Source: a virus. From it: a DNA stretch of 64,000 nt. This document shows positions 61,393 through 64,000 of the stretch, piece after piece (position 1 is the stretch's first letter; every line of letters starts with the position of its first letter). The notes beneath the pieces are model-generated. The model ran no database searches and was not told the DNA's origin. It worked only from the letters and a program-made list of their open reading frames with translations. The stretch spans positions 12,845 through 76,844 of IMG/VR virus record IMGVR_UViG_3300037010_000793; one strand, written 5' to 3'. Made by a program: the position numbers and the translations under genes.

Positions 61393-61445
61393 TTTGCTTA
61401 ACTTATGTGTATTATAACATAAGCTCTAGGCAAAAGTATACTGTT
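61393..61445 (-). promoter_or_regulatory. early-promoter repeat, family A
   Basis: TTAACTTATGTGTATTATAACATAAGCTCTAGGCAAAAGTATACTG on plus. Confidence 0.78.
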
Positions 61446-61450
61446 GAAAA

Positions 61451-61684
61451 TTAATGAGTAAAGAGTTTACCATATTGTTTATCCAACTCAGAGAATTCAT
61501 TACATAAAAAATACGATGCATCATCTTTAACGTTAGACATGGACTGTTTAGCAAATAAATGTCCATCTTCAGTCATAAATCGCTTAAATTTCATAGTTGA
61601 GTTATATGATGGTCCAATTAACATAATGTCTTCCTGTTCTGCAATACTGCGAATTTCACCAGCTGTGTATAAAATACTAGACAT
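61451..61684 (-). CDS. hypothetical protein
   Basis: AGGA RBS, promoter upstream. Confidence 0.65.
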   Translation of the reverse strand: MSSILYTAGEIRSIAEQEDIMLIGPSYNSTMKFKRFMTEDGHLFAKQSMSNVKDDASYFLCNEFSELDKQYGKLFTH

Positions 61685-61717
61685 TTATTTCTTCCTAACT
61701 TTGTTTAACTTAGAACT

Positions 61718-61747
61718 ATTATACAACATTAACAGTCAAAAGTAAAC
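61718..61747 (-). promoter_or_regulatory. T4-type early promoter (leftward)
   Basis: GTTTAC at 61742-61747, TATAAT at 61718-61723. Confidence 0.75.
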
Positions 61748-61789
61748 AAAAATAGTTAAAATAAAAATATTTCAAAAATAGTTAAAATA
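61747..61789. repeat. 17-bp direct repeat pair
   Basis: CAAAAATAGTTAAAATA at 61747 and 61773. Confidence 0.85.
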
Positions 61790-61792
61790 CTT

Positions 61793-61822
61793 GTTTACTT
61801 TTACCAAGAACTATGTTATAAT
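61793..61822 (+). promoter_or_regulatory. T4-type early promoter (rightward)
   Basis: GTTTAC 61793-61798, TATGTTATAAT ending at 61822. Confidence 0.75.
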
Positions 61823-61888
61823 ACAAAAGTTATTAAAATTTTAAGGTTATACAACTTTACCATTCGATTATAATAACATAAAACATGA

Positions 61889-61896
61889 TATAAATA
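61889..61896 (+). promoter_or_regulatory. T4-type late promoter
   Basis: TATAAATA immediately before the first hairpin. Confidence 0.6.
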
Positions 61897-62478
61897 AACT
61901 ATCTCTGTGGGTTAACATCGAATCAAGTTAACCAGGTTATCAGACTATGCTATGGTACGTCTAAAACCTTGTAAAGACAAATCGTTAAAACACTTTACTA
62001 AATTAAACATAATCTACCGTAGACCAAAAGTTTTCAAACAAACGACTTTTGCTGGCAATGCTCCCCTTTGTACCCAGCGCTTATACTGATATCCCAGTAA
62101 GACGGGATGGTCTTGGATCAGGAACTAGTAGAATGAATACCCATGTTAGTCGTAATTCTATGAGGTTGATAACAACCGATGTTAATATAGACAATTAAAT
62201 TAGTAGCCCTAATCTAAAGTCTTTATTGATCTAGCTAGAGAGTCCTATTAAATCTCTAGAAGGAGACAGTTCTACGGGAATGAACTGAATAGCGTTTTTA
62301 ATATGTCTTGGTTGACACGCTAAAGCATCACTGAGTATTCTTAGTCATTCATTTGACTGCTATCGTTACTATTGATAGCCCTGTATAAAAATCTTATATC
62401 TGTATTGGATACCAAGGTCATTATCAGGAAAGGAGAAAAGGAGGTAGCTGTGTCTAAAAATTGTGGCGATTTCTAGAC

Positions 62479-62503
62479 AAAAGAAAAGGAGCCGAAGCTC
62501 CTT
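62479..62503 (-). terminator. UUCG terminator (minus; possibly bidirectional)
   Basis: AAGGAGC-TTCG-GCTCCTT-TTCTTTT on minus. Confidence 0.75.
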
Positions 62504-62708
62504 GTTTCTGAAAGTTTTTTGCTTGGTTTTGCTGGCGCCAAATACATGTACGATTTAATAACTTCGTTAATAAATTCTAAAAAGTTTTCATTATAATAGT
62601 ATCAGGGTTGTTTCAGGGTTCACAGGTTTAATCCAAAAAGAAAAGATATAGATTTTATCATCTATCGTGATTATAATTAAACCTGGGTGATTCAGACGAA
62701 TTGCTGAT

Positions 62709-62734
62709 AAAAATATGGAGAGCAAAAGCTCTCC
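62709..62734 (-). terminator. terminator after ruvC
   Basis: GGAGAGC-TTTT-GCTCTCC-ATATTTTT on minus. Confidence 0.65.
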
Positions 62735-62748
62735 AATGTTATGTTATT

Positions 62749-63288
62749 TTATATTGTTTTAATTATTTCGTAAAAATCACAGTTATACCGCGACAAGAAA
62801 TACGCATCTACACAATCATTAAACGAGCTCAAATTTGGATTAGTTATTTCAAACTTAGAGCAAAATGTTGTCATCATGAGATGTTTATTGGCGTTACCCT
62901 TTCCAGTTGCAAACTTCTTAAGACTTGTTGGCGCTATAATATTAATAGTGATACCATTAGCTAATAGGTTCAATTTAAGAATAGTTGTATTCTCTGCAAT
63001 AGTGAATACCTGGCCTGCTCTTGAACCCATCGAGTACCCTTCCAGGTTTATCTCTTTAATATCTGATGGAATCTTGCTTGTAATCCATTTAGACAGCAGC
63101 TTAAATCGTTCTATATTATTAGTATAATCGCTTGGATATTGCTCAATAACTAATGTAATATTTTCAGATATTTGATGAACGCCTAATTCTTTCTTCTTAG
63201 ACGATAGTCCAAACATCTTAACGCTATCACCGTCGACTATAGCAATACCTGGAGATGTCATGCTATAATCAATGCCGCACTTAATCAT
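62749..63288 (-). CDS. ruvC: RuvC-like Holliday junction resolvase
   Basis: GIDYSMTSPG, LEGYS, PTSLKKFATGKGNANK, DCVDAY. Confidence 0.88.
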   Translation of the reverse strand: MIKCGIDYSMTSPGIAIVDGDSVKMFGLSSKKKELGVHQISENITLVIEQYPSDYTNNIERFKLLSKWITSKIPSDIKEINLEGYSMGSRAGQVFTIAENTTILKLNLLANGITINIIAPTSLKKFATGKGNANKHLMMTTFCSKFEITNPNLSSFNDCVDAYFLSRYNCDFYEIIKTI

Positions 63289-63973
63289 CTGATTTTTTAG
63301 CTGCATTAGATCTATCAGACCCATCCATATTCAAATCATCAACTGTTCGTTGAAGTTTATCGTTAAGAGAATCACGTCTGTTTTTATTTCTTCTAAGAAT
63401 CCTGTTTGTAGCTCGTTTGATTAAAGAACCCAATGGCATTTCAGTCTTAGCAGTAGCATCAGTCGTCATTATACTTGTATCCGACAAACCTTCATCTTCT
63501 ACTAAATCTACAATCTTAACAACATCAACAGGAACGACAAAAGCGCCTGATTCTGTATAGATTGATACACTATTGCCTGTTAGATGAAAACTATCTTGTT
63601 TTGTTACTACACATAGTGTACCCTCAGAAATATCATTATAAGTCTTTACAAAACGACCAACGCTTACAGTTGATTCTAATGATTCAGCTGCTTCATTTGT
63701 AAAAACTGATTTCATCAATGTTCTTAATAGCGCATACTTAATGAAAGGGTAGTTTTCGACTGTACGCTTTAGATTTAGAGCAAACAAGTTAAAAGGCGTT
63801 TTGGCTTCCTTTTGTTCCATTGTTACATATTGTGGATGTAATGAATTACCGTTTTCATCAATGAATCCGGCAGAATACAATGGATTGTGTGTATAATCGT
63901 TTTTAATCAACTTATAAAGTTGAGCTAAAGCTATAGCGGTAATTACACTTTTAAACATTAGGTTGCCCCTCAA
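63281..63973 (-). CDS. hypothetical late protein
   Basis: AGFIDENGN motif; TATAAATA upstream. Confidence 0.7.
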   Translation of the reverse strand: MRGNLMFKSVITAIALAQLYKLIKNDYTHNPLYSAGFIDENGNSLHPQYVTMEQKEAKTPFNLFALNLKRTVENYPFIKYALLRTLMKSVFTNEAAESLESTVSVGRFVKTYNDISEGTLCVVTKQDSFHLTGNSVSIYTESGAFVVPVDVVKIVDLVEDEGLSDTSIMTTDATAKTEMPLGSLIKRATNRILRRNKNRRDSLNDKLQRTVDDLNMDGSDRSNAAKKSDD

Positions 63974-63985
63974 ATAAGATATTAG

Positions 63986-63993
63986 TATTTATA
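63986..63993 (-). promoter_or_regulatory. T4-type late promoter
   Basis: TATAAATA on minus. Confidence 0.6.
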
Positions 63994-64000
63994 TGACTAT

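Larger units (their letters stand above)
61903..62735 (+). ncRNA. putative large structured non-coding RNA (~600 nt if it ends at 62505, ~830 nt if at 62735)
   Basis: no ORF; >15 hairpins, long-range helices, plus-strand G-U pairs, dedicated promoters. Confidence 0.6.

Noticed and set aside
31455-61445. Dispersed repeats as a CRISPR array or integron attC sites
   Set aside because: Spacing is hundreds to thousands of bp with genes between; the repeats contain -35/-10 boxes and lack RYYYAAC/GTTRRRY ends; no cas or integrase gene in the window.
61937-62655. Group I intron (TCAGACTA and AAGATATAGA resemble R/S elements), tmRNA or RNase P RNA
   Set aside because: P7 pairing is incomplete and no host gene is interrupted; no tRNA-like ends and no GAGGAAAGUCC signature seen.
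2-63127. All plus-strand ORFs in the track (e.g. 2..433, 7401..7889, 18569..19294, 62701..62964)
   Set aside because: Antisense shadows of well-supported minus-strand genes; no RBS, motif or promoter support.
1-64000. tRNA or rRNA genes
   Set aside because: No cloverleaf with a T-loop and acceptor stem recognised by eye; tRNAscan-SE would be needed to exclude them fully.

Overview
64 kb segment of a large AT-rich T4-superfamily (jumbo-type) bacteriophage, probably infecting a Gammaproteobacterium (inferred from an RpoH-like sigma factor, an LPP20-type lipoprotein and a glycine-zipper protein). All credible protein genes are on the minus strand. 1-28.5 kb holds recognisable core and auxiliary genes: FmdB, RNase H, neck gp13, a HIGH nucleotidyltransferase, NAMPT, DNA ligase, a telA-vWA-DUF475-terD cluster, DHFR, thymidylate synthase, a PRPP-synthetase-like protein, a metallophosphatase, a sigma32-like factor and an ADP-ribosyltransferase. 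28.5-61.7 kb is an array of short early genes, many preceded by near-identical ~50-80 bp promoter repeats, with paralog families and many frameshifted or nonsense pseudogenes (including a radical SAM + 'FETNSSS' partner pair). The strongest novelty candidate is 61.9-62.7 kb: an ORF-free, hairpin-dense ~600-830 nt region with its own early and late promoters on the plus strand, multi-way junctions, plus-strand G-U pairs and a possible pseudoknot, i.e. a probable large structured ncRNA. Family assignments come from motif recognition by eye; no database search was run.
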